A stretch of 64,000 bases of DNA from assembly GCA_963771275.1 (NCBI GenBank), contig CAVYSW010000003.1, positions 1,472,001-1,536,000 on the forward strand, read 5' to 3'. Shown here piece after piece: positions 10,553 to 22,870 of the stretch; the stretch's first letter is position 1; every line of letters begins with the position of its first letter. Under the pieces are notes generated by a model. That model was not told where the DNA came from. It worked only from the letters and a program-made list of their open reading frames with translations, and did not search any database. The position numbers and the translations under genes were made by a program. The stretch is from an uncultured Gemmatimonadales bacterium (lineage in GTDB: Bacteria > Gemmatimonadota > Gemmatimonadetes > Gemmatimonadales > GWC2-71-9).

Positions 10553-11161
10553 CTACGTGCCCGCGAAGTCCTCGCTCCGGCCGTCCAGGCTCAGCCGTGG
10601 CAGGGGGGCCATCTGCACGAGCAGCCGGCGGGCGGTGCGCGTGAGGAATCCGGGGCGGTGCCGCGTCGTGTCCGCCGCGTCACCATGGAGCCAGGCGTAT
10701 ACCTCGTCGACGTCCTCGTCGGACAGCATGCGCGCGGTGACCGACGCCCGGTAGTGGTACCGGCCGCGGCCTGCGGGCCTGAGGCCGACCACGTACACAC
10801 GGCCCAGCCTGCGGGCGAGCACGTCCCGATCGGGGATCTCCTCCGTCCCGTCCTGATCCTCGAGCACGTAGACGTCGCGGACCGGATCGAACTGAACCAT
10901 GTACTCCCCGACCCAGCGGTCCACGCTCCGGTCCCACAGCGCGCGCGACTCCCGCAGCTCGACGGTGAGCGCCACGTAGAGCGGGAATCCGGCCCGCATC
11001 GCCGACACGAGACGGTCGTCCGTCAGGAGATTGGCGATGCGCACGACGGCGTCGGGCGGGCCCGCGCCGGACTGCCGCAGGCTCACCGCGAGGCGCGGGC
11101 GCTGCGCCGCCAGCGGCGCGGCGACCAGCAGACCCGCGAAGACGAGCGCGGCGCGGCGCAT
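10553..11161 (-). CDS. DUF4390-like exported protein
   Basis: Signal peptide; AMRAGFP..VELRESRALWD..VQFDPV pattern. Confidence 0.6.
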   Translation of the reverse strand: MRRAALVFAGLLVAAPLAAQRPRLAVSLRQSGAGPPDAVVRIANLLTDDRLVSAMRAGFPLYVALTVELRESRALWDRSVDRWVGEYMVQFDPVRDVYVLEDQDGTEEIPDRDVLARRLGRVYVVGLRPAGRGRYHYRASVTARMLSDEDVDEVYAWLHGDAADTTRHRPGFLTRTARRLLVQMAPLPRLSLDGRSEDFAGT

Positions 11162-11163
11162 GC

Positions 11164-12897
11164 TCAAAACCGCCGCTCGATCCGCAGCGTCACCCGCAAC
11201 GGCTCTCCCTGCTGAATCGCCTTGGCCACGTACAGCCCCGTGCTCCCAAACTCGACGCCGGCCCCCACGTCCCAGTGGAGCGGCCCCGGCCCGTCTTCCG
11301 TCCGGAGCCAGCCGGTCCCCGCGTTCGTGAACAGCACGATCGCCGGCCCCTCGAACCAGAACCAGTCACCGGGGTCCCAATCCCAGTCGAGCCAGTCGTC
11401 GCGCGTCCGGCGGTCGCGGTACGCCCGATGGCCCCAGCCGATCCAGTCCACGCCGAACGCGCCGCGATACTCGGCCTGGAACAGGAGCACGTGATCGCAC
11501 AGTCCGGGGAGCGCCGGATCGCTCACCCCCGCGTTGCAGCCGAACGCGCGGAACGCGTAGCCGTTCAGCGGGTCGGGCCCGCCGAGCGAGAAGCGCCGCT
11601 GCAGCGGCAGCGGCCCGTCGCCCACGTCGCCGGCCCAGAAGCCGCGCAACCGGAACTGTCCCATCTGGCCGATGCGCTGGTACTGGCGGAGATCCACCGA
11701 CGCGCGGTCGAACGTGTAGTCAGTCGCGGGAAGCGGCGCGCGGATGGTCGCCGGTAGCGCGCGCTCCACGACGTTGTCGCCGATGCCGTGCTCCCACGTC
11801 GCACGCAGCAGCGTGCCGGACCCGGCGGATCGCTCGGAGCGGCGCGAGTCGAACTCGAACGTGCCACTCAACAAGGTGAAGTCTCCCGCGTCGATCACCG
11901 GGTTGGGCCGCCAAGGCTCTGCATTCCGGAACGGCGTCCAGGGATCCCGGGCGGCGATCGAGGCCTCATCGACCCGCGCAATCTGCCCGGTCAACGAGAG
12001 GACGGCGAACGGCTCGAGCGTGACGAACCCCGCGACCCCGCGCTGCAGGTAGTAATCGCGATAGTCCCGGTGCCACAGCAGCGTCGCCCAGCCGGCCTCG
12101 TGACGGGTGAGCGGCCAGTCTTGCGTCGGGACCACCAGATCGTAGGCCCGGCCGCCAAGCGTGATCCCGGAGTTGGCGCTCCCGAGTCGCAGCTTCGCGT
12201 CGGCGCCGTAGCCCAGATCCTCGCGCGTGCCGGAGAAGTCTCCCGCGGTGCGGAACACGCCGTAGCCACGCACGCGCCCGGCCAGGTCGCCGCTCTGCCA
12301 CTCGAGCCCCGCTCCGAGGCGAAGCGGCAGCCCCTCGACCCGGTTGTAGGTGTCGCCGAGTCCGATCACGAGGAACGCTCGCCCGCGGTCGCGTTCGTCG
12401 TACGGGCGAGCCCGGCGGGCGGGAGCCGGCCGCCGCTCGGCAAGCACCAGTCGATCGCCGTCGCGGCGCACCACGACCCGACCGCTCTCCCACCGACTGC
12501 TCCCCGCCAGGTTCGACCCATCGTCCCGCACGAGGTGGCCGCCCAGCACCACCACGTCGCCCTCGACCGAAGCCCCGTCGGCCAGGGTGACGTCCGCGTT
12601 GATCGCGACGAGGTCGCCGTCGATGCTGCCGTACAGCACGAGGGGACCGTCGACGACGGCGACGTCACCGCGAACGTGTGTCGCGCTGTCGAGGGTGAGC
12701 GGACCGAAGACGCGAAACGTCCCCGGGGCATTGAACAGATCCACGGCCCATTGTGCCGTGCCGCCGCCGCGCGCCTGCCGGCGATCACGTGCGACGACCA
12801 CGGTGTCCTGCGCTGCGGCGGTCGTGACCGCCGCCGCCAGGTCCGCGCCTGTGAGCACGCAGGTCGCGACGAGGCGGACGAGGTGGCGCCGACTCAT
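11164..12897 (-). CDS. outer-membrane beta-barrel (Omp85/BamA-TamA-like C-terminus) with N-terminal bactofilin-like beta-helix
   Basis: Signal peptide; GDVAVVDG/GDLVAINA/GDVVVLGG repeats; YNRVEGL; QRRFSLGG; terminal Phe. Confidence 0.75.
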   Translation of the reverse strand: MSRRHLVRLVATCVLTGADLAAAVTTAAAQDTVVVARDRRQARGGGTAQWAVDLFNAPGTFRVFGPLTLDSATHVRGDVAVVDGPLVLYGSIDGDLVAINADVTLADGASVEGDVVVLGGHLVRDDGSNLAGSSRWESGRVVVRRDGDRLVLAERRPAPARRARPYDERDRGRAFLVIGLGDTYNRVEGLPLRLGAGLEWQSGDLAGRVRGYGVFRTAGDFSGTREDLGYGADAKLRLGSANSGITLGGRAYDLVVPTQDWPLTRHEAGWATLLWHRDYRDYYLQRGVAGFVTLEPFAVLSLTGQIARVDEASIAARDPWTPFRNAEPWRPNPVIDAGDFTLLSGTFEFDSRRSERSAGSGTLLRATWEHGIGDNVVERALPATIRAPLPATDYTFDRASVDLRQYQRIGQMGQFRLRGFWAGDVGDGPLPLQRRFSLGGPDPLNGYAFRAFGCNAGVSDPALPGLCDHVLLFQAEYRGAFGVDWIGWGHRAYRDRRTRDDWLDWDWDPGDWFWFEGPAIVLFTNAGTGWLRTEDGPGPLHWDVGAGVEFGSTGLYVAKAIQQGEPLRVTLRIERRF

Positions 12898-13127
12898 GGC
12901 CGCGCTCGTACGATGATCAGGGTGTCAGGGACCACGACGTCCGCGCTGGGTCCGCACGCTGATGCCCGCTCGGCGGCGTGGTGGGCGGACTCGAGTCGAA
13001 CCGCGACGCGGAACTCAAGCCCGAGGATCCGGGCGAATGCATCGCCTCGCGCCAGGCGCGCCCCGGTGTCGCGCGCGAGGGACGCGAGTCCCAACAGCGC
13101 CAGGAAAACGGCAACGGTCTTTCCCAT
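12894..13127 (-). CDS. small exported hypothetical protein (77 aa)
   Basis: GGAGGT RBS, hydrophobic N-terminus, ATGA overlap with the next gene. Confidence 0.6.
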   Translation of the reverse strand: MGKTVAVFLALLGLASLARDTGARLARGDAFARILGLEFRVAVRLESAHHAAERASACGPSADVVVPDTLIIVRARP

Positions 13128-13151
13128 GGTTACCTCCCGGTCCACGAAAAG

Positions 13152-13166
13152 GCAGTTGCCGTGCCA
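13152..13166 (-). promoter_or_regulatory. sigma-54 (-24/-12) promoter
   Basis: TGGCACGGCAACTGC (GG-N10-GC), about 25 nt upstream of the 13127 start; AT-rich IHF-like site at 13194-13206. Confidence 0.7.
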
Positions 13167-13248
13167 TCAGGGCGTCACATGCAAGCTGTTTATTTACAAT
13201 ATCTTATGGCACAATGTCCCAGACGAGCACGCCGAGTGGTGTGTCCTT

Positions 13249-14609
<1,361 letters not shown>

Positions 14610-14613
<4 letters not shown>

Positions 14614-15776
14614 CGTGCCTCCGGCAGCTCGACCACGAACGCGGCGCCGCCTCCCGCCGCATCCTCCACGCTGAGGCGCCCGGCATGGGCGAGCACCGTC
14701 TGCCGGGCGAGCGCGAGGCCGAGACCGGTGCCCCCCGCCCGAGTCGTCACGTATGGCTCGAAGATCTGCTGTTTCATGGCGTCCGCCACACCCGGTCCGT
14801 GGTCCCGCACGACCAGCCGCACGCCGCGGGGGACGCGCTGCGCGGTGAGCGCGATGCCCGCTTCCGTCGTGAACGATACCGCGTTCCGCACGAGGTTCTC
14901 GATTGCGCGACGCAGCGGCTCGTAGTGTCCCCGGACGACGAGACCGGGCTCGATGTCGCGGGCGACCGGGCAGGTATTGGCGGGCACGGCGCCGGTGAGG
15001 ACCGCCGCCAGCAGCTCGCCCAGGTCCACCGGGGCTTCCGGTCCTTCGGGGAGGCGGCCGAACTCGGCGAACTCGCGGGCCATCGCTTCGAGTCGGGCGG
15101 TCTCGTCAGCGAGTACCTGTGCCGGCGCACCATCGGCCGGAAGCTGGCGCAGCGCCAGGCGGGCGGCGGACAGCGGGCCGCGCATCTCGTGCGCCACCCG
15201 GCGGGCGGTCTCGCGAAACGCCGTGAGCCGCTCCTGTTCCAGCTCCTGAGCCCGCACGCGCTCGAGCGCGTCGGCGAGCTGCGCGATGGCGCCCCGCAGC
15301 GCCGCGAACTCGGTTACCCCGCCCGCGCGTGGCGGGGGGAGTGGTGCCCGGCGCTCGACCCGGCCCACCCAGTCCACCAGCTCCTCGATCGGGGTTGAGA
15401 CGTAACGCGACCAACGCCGGGCGAGCAGAAGCGAAGCGATCACGACGAGCAGCGCGGCCCCAAGGGTGACGACGGCCAGGACGCCGGCAGCGGTTTGCGT
15501 GACCGTTTCTGCGCGGTGCGCCAGCCGGGTGCGGCTGGTGATCGTCTCGGCATGGCGGCGCAGCGCATCGCGCGCCGCCGGGTCGAGGGCCGCCGTGTCG
15601 AGAGTCGCGATCAGGGCGCCGCCCGTGGTCGCGATCTCGTCGAGCGCGGCCCGGGGCCCGGCGGGCGATCCGGCGGAGCGCAGCTGTACGGCCAGCACGA
15701 CCAGCGCCGTGGCGACCGGCAGCGTGCCGATCCCGACGAGAGCGAGGAACAGCCGGCGGCGGAAGGGAAGGGACAC
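14610..15776 (-). CDS. membrane sensor histidine kinase (NtrY-like HisKA)
   Basis: Two TM segments, HAMP-like region, ARRVAHEMRGPL H-box, NLVRNA, DHGPG, GTGLGL. Confidence 0.93.
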
Positions 15777-15827
15777 GCGCCTAGTCTATCCCCGGACGCG
15801 GAGCGGCAGAAGTGGTAGCTTTCGCGC

Positions 15828-16061
15828 ATGGCCTACCGGCGATTCACCGACCGTGACGGCGTCACCTGGGAAGTGCTGGATCGGTCCACCGCGGAATGGG
15901 AGCTTCAGCCGGTTTCCCAGACCGGACGCGGTCCCGTGCGGGTGGCGGCTCCCGGCTACGAGCGCGACCCGTTCGAGCTGAGCGTCGAGGAGCTCCAGCG
16001 GCTGCTCGACGGTGCGCCACACCTGGGCTCCGGGCCGCGCAGGTCACCCTTCAAGGACTGA
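15828..16061 (+). CDS. small conserved hypothetical protein (77 aa)
   Basis: RRFTDRDGVTWEV...LSVEELQRLL; typical coding bias; divergent from the kinase. Confidence 0.75.
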   Translation: MAYRRFTDRDGVTWEVLDRSTAEWELQPVSQTGRGPVRVAAPGYERDPFELSVEELQRLLDGAPHLGSGPRRSPFKD

Positions 16062-16173
16062 GCACCCGGCCACTCGCCGCCAGGCCGATCATGCCCCAGC
16101 GCGTCGTCCAACCGGTTGGACGGCCGGCCCGAGTGGTATTATCCTCGCCTCCCCTTGAGATCGGGACGGCCCC

Positions 16174-17661
16174 ATGAGTCCGCAGCGCCAGCCGCTGGAT
16201 GCCGCCTATGCCGAATTCCTGAGACGGTATCCCGCGTACGCGCAGACCGCCGCGCTCGATCGGTTGCGTGCCACCGAGTATCGCCGGCTGGACGAGCAGA
16301 GCCAGGTGTACGTCGACTACACGGGCGGCGGCCTGTACGCCGAGTCTCAGGTGCGGGAGCACGGCGAGCTGCTGCGCCGCCACGTCTTTGGCAACCCGCA
16401 CTCCCGGAATCCGACGTCGGTCGCCATGTCGGCGCTGGTCGATCGCGCCCGCGCGTGCGTGCTGGAGTACTTCAACGCCGCGCCCGGCGAGTACGTGGCG
16501 GTCTTCACGCCCAATGCCAGCGGCGCGCTCCGGCTGGTGGGCGAGTCCTATCCGTTCCGGCAGGGTGGCCAGTTCGTGGCGCTCGCCGACAATCACAACT
16601 CGGTGAACGGCATCCGGGAGTTCGCCCGGTCGCGCGGCGCCGCGGTGACTTACGTGCCGGTCGTGGCCCCCGAGTTGCGCGCCGATCACGCCGCGCTGGA
16701 GGCGGCGCTGGCGCTCGGCGGGCCGGCAGCGCCCCGGCTGCTGGCCTACCCGGCGCAGTCCAACTTCTCCGGTGTGAAGCACTCCCTGGACTACGTGCGC
16801 CTGGCGCACGACCGGGGTTGGCACGTCCTGCTCGATGCCGCCGCGTACGTGCCGACGAATCGGCTCGACCTCGGTGCCTGCGCGCCGGACTTCGTGTCGG
16901 TGTCGTTCTACAAGATGTTCGGCTATCCGACCGGCGTGGGCGCCCTGCTGGCCCGTCGCTCGGCGCTCGCCACGCTCGCGCGCCCCTGGTTTGCCGGCGG
17001 CACGATCAGGATCGCGTCGGTCAAGGCGCAGAAGCACTACCTGGCCGATGGCGAGGCCGGCTTCGAGGACGGCACGGTGGACTATTTGTCGCTGCCGGCG
17101 GTGGAGATCGGCCTGCGGCATCTCACGGAGATCGGCCTTGACGTGATCGGCCTTCGGGTACACTGCCTGACGGGCTGGCTGTTGGAGGGGCTGACGGCGC
17201 TGCGCCACGCCAACGGCGCGCCGCTCGTCCGGATCCACGGCCCGACGGGCATGGCGGATCGCGGCGGCACGGTCGCGTTCAACCTGCACGATCCGGCCGG
17301 CCGGCCCGTTCCCTCCAGTCGGGTCGAAGAGCTCGCGGCCGCGGCGCGGATCTCGCTGCGGACCGGCTGCTTCTGCAACCCCGGGGCGGGGGAGGCCGCC
17401 TACCAGCTGGACGAGGAGATCATGGGCGAGGTCTTCGGCCGCCCCCGGGGACTGTTCTTCGAGGAGCTGGTGTCTACGCTGTGGGAGCGCTACGGGAAGA
17501 ACGTGAGCGCGATCCGCGTCTCGCTCGGTCTCGCGGCCAATTTCGCCGACGTGGATCGACTATTGGCGTTCCTGAAGGAGCTCCTCGACAAGTCGGTCGC
17601 CGCGCTCGGCGCGGCGGTACCGCTCTCGCCCGAGGAGCTGCACGGGCGCGATACGGCCTGA
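16174..17661 (+). CDS. class V PLP-dependent enzyme, Moco sulfurase (ABA3/HxB) NifS-domain-like
   Basis: YVDYTGGGLY, GNPHS, LLDAAA, SFYKMFGYPTG (PLP Lys), LRTGCFCNPG. Confidence 0.88.
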   Translation: MSPQRQPLDAAYAEFLRRYPAYAQTAALDRLRATEYRRLDEQSQVYVDYTGGGLYAESQVREHGELLRRHVFGNPHSRNPTSVAMSALVDRARACVLEYFNAAPGEYVAVFTPNASGALRLVGESYPFRQGGQFVALADNHNSVNGIREFARSRGAAVTYVPVVAPELRADHAALEAALALGGPAAPRLLAYPAQSNFSGVKHSLDYVRLAHDRGWHVLLDAAAYVPTNRLDLGACAPDFVSVSFYKMFGYPTGVGALLARRSALATLARPWFAGGTIRIASVKAQKHYLADGEAGFEDGTVDYLSLPAVEIGLRHLTEIGLDVIGLRVHCLTGWLLEGLTALRHANGAPLVRIHGPTGMADRGGTVAFNLHDPAGRPVPSSRVEELAAAARISLRTGCFCNPGAGEAAYQLDEEIMGEVFGRPRGLFFEELVSTLWERYGKNVSAIRVSLGLAANFADVDRLLAFLKELLDKSVAALGAAVPLSPEELHGRDTA

Positions 17662-17787
17662 GGCCGGTGACCGGATGCGGGGAACTCCTCCCCCCGGGCC
17701 ATCGTACGATAGCTGGCGGCGGACGCGTCTCGGCTCGTTTCTTTACGTGCGTGGGGTCACGGGTGCTAGGCCCGGGGGGGAGCGGGA

Positions 17788-20451
17788 ATGACGGCAGGTG
17801 GCTCGCGCGAGTCGCGGCGGATCGCCGCGAGTTACGCCCACGATCTGGAGTGGGTGCTGTGGGGACCGTATCTGGCCGAGCGCGCGTGGGGCACCGTGCG
17901 CGAGGACTACAGTGCGGGCGGAGAGCCGTGGACCTATTTCCCGCACGAGCATGCCCGGTCGCGCGCCTATCGCTGGACCGAGGACGGGCTCGCGGGGATC
18001 TGTGACCGCCACCAGTACCTCTGCTTCGCGATCGCCCTGTGGAATGGGCGGGATCGGATCCTCAAGGAGCGGGCGTTCGGCCTCACCGGGAAGGAGGGAA
18101 ACCACGGTGAGGACGTGAAGGACGACTACTTCTATCGCGACAGCACCCCCACGCATTCCTACCTGCGGTATCTGTACAAGTACCCCCAGCGCCCGTTTCC
18201 CTACGATCACCTGCTGGAGGAGAACCGCCGCCGCGACCGCACACAGCCCGAGTTCGAGCTGGTGGACACCGGGGTGTTCGCGGAAGGCCGGTACTTCGAT
18301 CTCGATGTCGAGTACGCCAAGGCGGCGCCGGACGACGTCTGGATCCGCGTGCGCGCGACCAACCATGGTCCGGAGCCGGCCCCGCTGCATCTGCTCCCGA
18401 CGCTGTGGTTCCGCAACACGTGGAGCTGGGGTCGTGATCCCCGACGCCCGTCGCTCGAACGGGTGGGCGCCACCTCCACGATGCGCGCCCGGCATCACGC
18501 GCTCGGCGAGTATCTGCTGTACTGCGGGGACGCGGACGAGCTGATCTTCACCGAGAACGAGACGAACGCGCAGCGGCTGTTTGGCACGACCGACGGCGCG
18601 CGTTACGCCAAGGACGCGTTTCACGATTACGTCGTCCACGGGGCGCGAGGGGCGGTCAATCCCGAGGCCCGCGGCACGAAGGCGGCGGCGACGTACGTCC
18701 GGGTGATCCCGCCGGGTGACAGCTGGACGCTCCTGCTGCGGCTCGCGGCGGCCGGCCGGGTGCCGGACCCGGCGCGCGCGCTGGACGGCGGTGACCGGGT
18801 GTTCAGGGAGCGGAAGCGTGACGCCGACGAGTTCTATGGCACGCTGCTCGGCCGCGACTGCCCCGCCGAGGCGGCGATGGTCGCGCGGCAGGCCTGGGCG
18901 GGACTGCTGTGGTCAAAGCAGTACTACCACTACGTCGTGCGCGATTGGCTCGAGGGCGATCCGGCCCTCCCGTCGCCGCCCGCGGAGCGGCGCCAGGGAC
19001 CGAACGCCGCGTGGGGCCACGTGTTCAACCGCGACGTGCTGCTGGTGCCGGACACGTGGGAGTTCCCATGGTTCGCCGCCTGGGATCTCGCGTTCCACGC
19101 CGTCGCCATGGCGCCCGTGGACCCGACGTACGCCAAGCAGCAGCTGATTCTGATGCTGCGCGAATGGTACATGCATCCCGACGGCCAGATTCCGGCATGC
19201 GAGTGGAAGCTGGGTGACGTGAACCCGCCGGTGCAGGCGTGGGCGGCGTGGAAGGTGTCCGAGATCGAGGAGCGGCACACGGGGACCGCCGACCGCGCGT
19301 TTCTCGAGCGCGTGTTTCACAAGCTGCTGCTCAACTTCAACTGGTGGGTGAACCGCGAGGACCCCCTCGGGAACAACATCTTCCAGGGCGGCTTCCTCGG
19401 GCTCGACAACGTCGGGCTGTTCGACCGCAGCCGGCCGCTGCCGCCCGGCTACCTGCTGGGCCAGGCGGACGGCACGAGCTGGATGGCGATGTACTGCCAG
19501 AGCATGCTGGGGATCGCGCTGCGGCTCGCCGACTGGGATCCGGTGTACGAGGACGTGGCCAGCAAGTTCTGGGAGCATGTCCTGTACATCGCGAACGCGA
19601 TGAACCACATCGGCGGTGGGGACCTCAGCCTGTGGGATGAGGAAGACGGGTTCTTCTACGACGTGCTGCGCCTCCCGGACGGGACGCGCGAGCCGCTGCG
19701 GGCCCGCTCGATCGTCGGGCTCACGCCGCTGCTCGGCGTGGTCGCCAGCCCGCGCGAGCTGCTGGATCGCTATCCGGGCTTCCGTGACCGGCGGCGGTGG
19801 TTCATCGACCACCGGCCCGATCTGACCCGCAGCGTGGCGCCGATGGACCGGGTGGGGGAGGGGGATCGGCTGCTGATGTCGGTGGTGCGCGAGGACCAGC
19901 TGCGCCGCATCCTGGCGCGGATGCTCGACGAAAACGAGTTCCTCTCGCCGTACGGCGTGCGGTCGTTGTCGCGCTACCACCGCGACCATCCGTTCGCGAT
20001 CCGGATCGGCGACGTCGAGTACCGGCTCGACTACGAGCCGGGCGAGTCCACCACGCCGCTGTTCGGCGGCAACTCCAACTGGCGCGGCCCCGTCTGGATG
20101 CCGCTCAACTACCTGCTGATCGAGGCGCTGCGCCGCTACGGCGACTACTACGGCGAGCGGTTCCTGATCGAGTGTCCGACGGGATCGGGTCGCGCGCTGA
20201 CGCTGCACCAGGTGGCTGCGGAGCTGGCCCGCCGCCTGACCCGGCTGTTCTTGCGGGACGCGAGCGGACGGCGGCCCGCCGCCGGGGAACACGCGCTGCT
20301 GCAGCACGATCCGGCCTGGCGGGACCTCGTGCCGTTCCACGAGTACTTCGACGGCGACACGGGCCGGGGCTGCGGGGCCAGCCACCAGACCGGCTGGACG
20401 GCCTTGATCGCGACTCTATTGCTCGAATGGCCTCAGGCGGCGAAAGGGTGA
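17788..20451 (+). CDS. GH63/MGH1-like glucosidase
   Basis: WGPYLAERAWGTVREDYS, WEFPWFAAWDLAFH, GGNSNWRGP, GASHQTGWT. Confidence 0.92.
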   Translation: MTAGGSRESRRIAASYAHDLEWVLWGPYLAERAWGTVREDYSAGGEPWTYFPHEHARSRAYRWTEDGLAGICDRHQYLCFAIALWNGRDRILKERAFGLTGKEGNHGEDVKDDYFYRDSTPTHSYLRYLYKYPQRPFPYDHLLEENRRRDRTQPEFELVDTGVFAEGRYFDLDVEYAKAAPDDVWIRVRATNHGPEPAPLHLLPTLWFRNTWSWGRDPRRPSLERVGATSTMRARHHALGEYLLYCGDADELIFTENETNAQRLFGTTDGARYAKDAFHDYVVHGARGAVNPEARGTKAAATYVRVIPPGDSWTLLLRLAAAGRVPDPARALDGGDRVFRERKRDADEFYGTLLGRDCPAEAAMVARQAWAGLLWSKQYYHYVVRDWLEGDPALPSPPAERRQGPNAAWGHVFNRDVLLVPDTWEFPWFAAWDLAFHAVAMAPVDPTYAKQQLILMLREWYMHPDGQIPACEWKLGDVNPPVQAWAAWKVSEIEERHTGTADRAFLERVFHKLLLNFNWWVNREDPLGNNIFQGGFLGLDNVGLFDRSRPLPPGYLLGQADGTSWMAMYCQSMLGIALRLADWDPVYEDVASKFWEHVLYIANAMNHIGGGDLSLWDEEDGFFYDVLRLPDGTREPLRARSIVGLTPLLGVVASPRELLDRYPGFRDRRRWFIDHRPDLTRSVAPMDRVGEGDRLLMSVVREDQLRRILARMLDENEFLSPYGVRSLSRYHRDHPFAIRIGDVEYRLDYEPGESTTPLFGGNSNWRGPVWMPLNYLLIEALRRYGDYYGERFLIECPTGSGRALTLHQVAAELARRLTRLFLRDASGRRPAAGEHALLQHDPAWRDLVPFHEYFDGDTGRGCGASHQTGWTALIATLLLEWPQAAKG

Positions 20452-20455
20452 CGAC

Positions 20456-21469
20456 ATGCAGCTCGGCATGATTGGTTTGGGGCGCATGGGTGCCAACATG
20501 GTGCGCCGGCTGATGCGGGCCGGTCACGAGTGCGTGGTCTACGACCGGAGCCCCGAGGCCGTGGCCGGCGTCGTGCGCGACGGCGCGACCGGCGCGACGT
20601 CGCTGGGCGATCTGGCCGGCCGGCTCGCCCCGCCCCGCGCCGTGTGGCTGATGGTACCGGCGGCGGTGGTGGACGCGACGCTCGCGGACCTCGAGCCGCT
20701 GCTCCGGCGGGACGACGTCGTGGTGGATGGCGGGAATTCGTACTACGTGGACGATCTCCGGCGGGCGGAGCGGCTCGCCGCGCGTGGAGTGCAGTACGTA
20801 GACGTCGGCACGAGCGGCGGCGTCTGGGGACTCGAGCGCGGCTATTGCCTCATGATCGGCGGTCCGGAGGCGGCCGTACGCCGGCTTGATCCGGTTTTCC
20901 GGAGCCTCGCGCCGGGCCGGGCGGCCGCGCCGCCCACGGCGCCCGCCGCGCTGCCGGGGACGGCGGAGGAGGGCTATCTCCACTGTGGGCCGCCCGGCGC
21001 GGGGCACTTCGTCAAGATGGTGCACAACGGCATCGAGTACGGACTCATGGCAGCCTACGCGGAGGGCCTGAACGTGCTCAAGCGCGCCGGCGTGGGGAGC
21101 GCGGAGCACGTGGCCGATGCCGAGACCACGCCGCTGCGCCACCCGGAGCGATACCGCTACGAGCTCGACCTGGCCGCCGTGGCGGAAGTGTGGCGGCGCG
21201 GCAGCGTGATCGCGTCGTGGCTGCTCGATCTCACCGCGGCCGCGCTCCGCCGGGATCCGCAGCTGGCGGGGTTCTCGGGGCGCGTGTCCGACTCGGGGGA
21301 AGGCCGCTGGACGATCCTTGCCGCCGTGGAAGAGGGGACGCCCGCGCCGGTGCTGTCCGCCGCGTTGTACGAGCGGTTCGCCTCGCGCGGGGAGGACGAG
21401 TTCGCCCGTCGCGTCCTGTCGGCGATGCGCTACCAGTTCGGCGGGCACGAAGAGCGGCCGGCGGGCTGA
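20456..21469 (+). CDS. gnd: 6-phosphogluconate dehydrogenase (short NAD-type)
   Basis: [37 protein letters not shown]. Confidence 0.96.
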   Translation: MQLGMIGLGRMGANMVRRLMRAGHECVVYDRSPEAVAGVVRDGATGATSLGDLAGRLAPPRAVWLMVPAAVVDATLADLEPLLRRDDVVVDGGNSYYVDDLRRAERLAARGVQYVDVGTSGGVWGLERGYCLMIGGPEAAVRRLDPVFRSLAPGRAAAPPTAPAALPGTAEEGYLHCGPPGAGHFVKMVHNGIEYGLMAAYAEGLNVLKRAGVGSAEHVADAETTPLRHPERYRYELDLAAVAEVWRRGSVIASWLLDLTAAALRRDPQLAGFSGRVSDSGEGRWTILAAVEEGTPAPVLSAALYERFASRGEDEFARRVLSAMRYQFGGHEERPAG

Positions 21470-21488
21470 GTCGAGGAGAGGAGTCGAC

Positions 21489-22862
21489 ATGGACATGGAG
21501 CGATCGGACGCCCTGGTCTTCTTCGGCGCGAGCGGGGACCTCGCCTACAAGAAGATCTTCCCCGCGCTGCACGGCATGGCGCGCCGCGGCCGGCTGAACG
21601 TCCCGGTCGTCGGCGTAGCGCGGACGCCCTGGACGCTGGAGCAGTTCCGGGAGCGGGCCCGGGCGAGCATCGACGAGCACGGCGGCGGCGTGGACGAGAC
21701 GGCATTCGCGACCCTGGTGCAGCGGCTGCGCTACGTCAGCGGCGAGTACCAGCATCCGGACACGTTCGCCGCCATGCGGACGGCGCTCAACGGCGCCCGC
21801 CGCCCGATCCACTACCTGGCGATCCCGCCGAGCCTGTTCGGCGCGGTCATCGAGGCGCTCGGGCGGTCGGGCTGTGCGGACCACGCGCGCGTCGTCGTCG
21901 AGAAGCCGTTCGGGCGCGACCTGGCGTCCGCGCAGAAGCTCAATGCGATCCTGCACGCCACGTTCCCGGAGCCGGCGGTCTTCCGCATCGATCACTACCT
22001 CGGCAAGGCGGCGGTCCAGAACCTGGTGTACTTCCGCTTCGCCAACACGTTCCTCGAGCCGATCTGGAACCGCAACTACGTCGACAGCGTGCAGATCACG
22101 ATGGCCGAGGAGTTCGACGTGGCCGGCCGCGGCAGGTTCTACGACGAGACCGGCGCCATCCGTGACGTGATCCAGAATCACCTGCTGCAGGTCGTGGGGT
22201 ACCTCGCGATGGAGCCGCCGGCCACGACCTATCACGAGGCGCTGCGCGACGAGCAGGTCAAGGCGTTCCGCTCGATCCGCCCGATCGCCCCGGAGGACAC
22301 CGTGCGCGGGCAGTACCGCGACTACGTGAAGGAAGGCGGCGTCCGGCCGGACTCCACGGTCGAGACGTACGCCGCCGTCCGGCTGGAAATCGATTCGTGG
22401 CGTTGGGAGGGCGTGCCGTTCTACATCCGTGCGGGCAAGTGCCTGCCGGTCACCGCGACCGAGGTGGTGGTCCGCCTGAAGCGGCCGCCGATTCGCGAGT
22501 TCGGTGCCGCGGCGACCAACCACGTGCGGTTCCGTCTCGGGCCGGACATGGCCATCGGCCTGGGGGCGCAGATCCGCGCAGCGGGGGAGGAAATGGCGGG
22601 CGAGGCCGTCGAGCTGCTGGCCCAGCAGCGCTCGTGCTGCGACGAGATGGACGCCTACGAGCGCCTGCTGGGCGACGCGATGGACGGCGACCCGCTGCTG
22701 TTCGCCCGGCAGGACGCGGTCGAGGCGGCTTGGGAAGTAGTGGGACGGATCCTCGACGACGCGACACCCGTCCACCCGTACGAGCGCGCCTCCTGGGGAC
22801 CGGCCGAAGCCGGGCGCCTCACCGCGGCCGCCGGCGGCTGGGGCGACCCGGCCGCCCCCTAG
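21489..22862 (+). CDS. zwf: glucose-6-phosphate 1-dehydrogenase
   Basis: [36 protein letters not shown]. Confidence 0.97.
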   Translation: MDMERSDALVFFGASGDLAYKKIFPALHGMARRGRLNVPVVGVARTPWTLEQFRERARASIDEHGGGVDETAFATLVQRLRYVSGEYQHPDTFAAMRTALNGARRPIHYLAIPPSLFGAVIEALGRSGCADHARVVVEKPFGRDLASAQKLNAILHATFPEPAVFRIDHYLGKAAVQNLVYFRFANTFLEPIWNRNYVDSVQITMAEEFDVAGRGRFYDETGAIRDVIQNHLLQVVGYLAMEPPATTYHEALRDEQVKAFRSIRPIAPEDTVRGQYRDYVKEGGVRPDSTVETYAAVRLEIDSWRWEGVPFYIRAGKCLPVTATEVVVRLKRPPIREFGAAATNHVRFRLGPDMAIGLGAQIRAAGEEMAGEAVELLAQQRSCCDEMDAYERLLGDAMDGDPLLFARQDAVEAAWEVVGRILDDATPVHPYERASWGPAEAGRLTAAAGGWGDPAAP

Positions 22863-22870
22863 CGGAGCGC

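Noticed and set aside
13207..13222. Plus-strand TGGCAC as a second sigma-54 promoter
   Set aside because: No GC at the -12 position and no plus-strand gene downstream.
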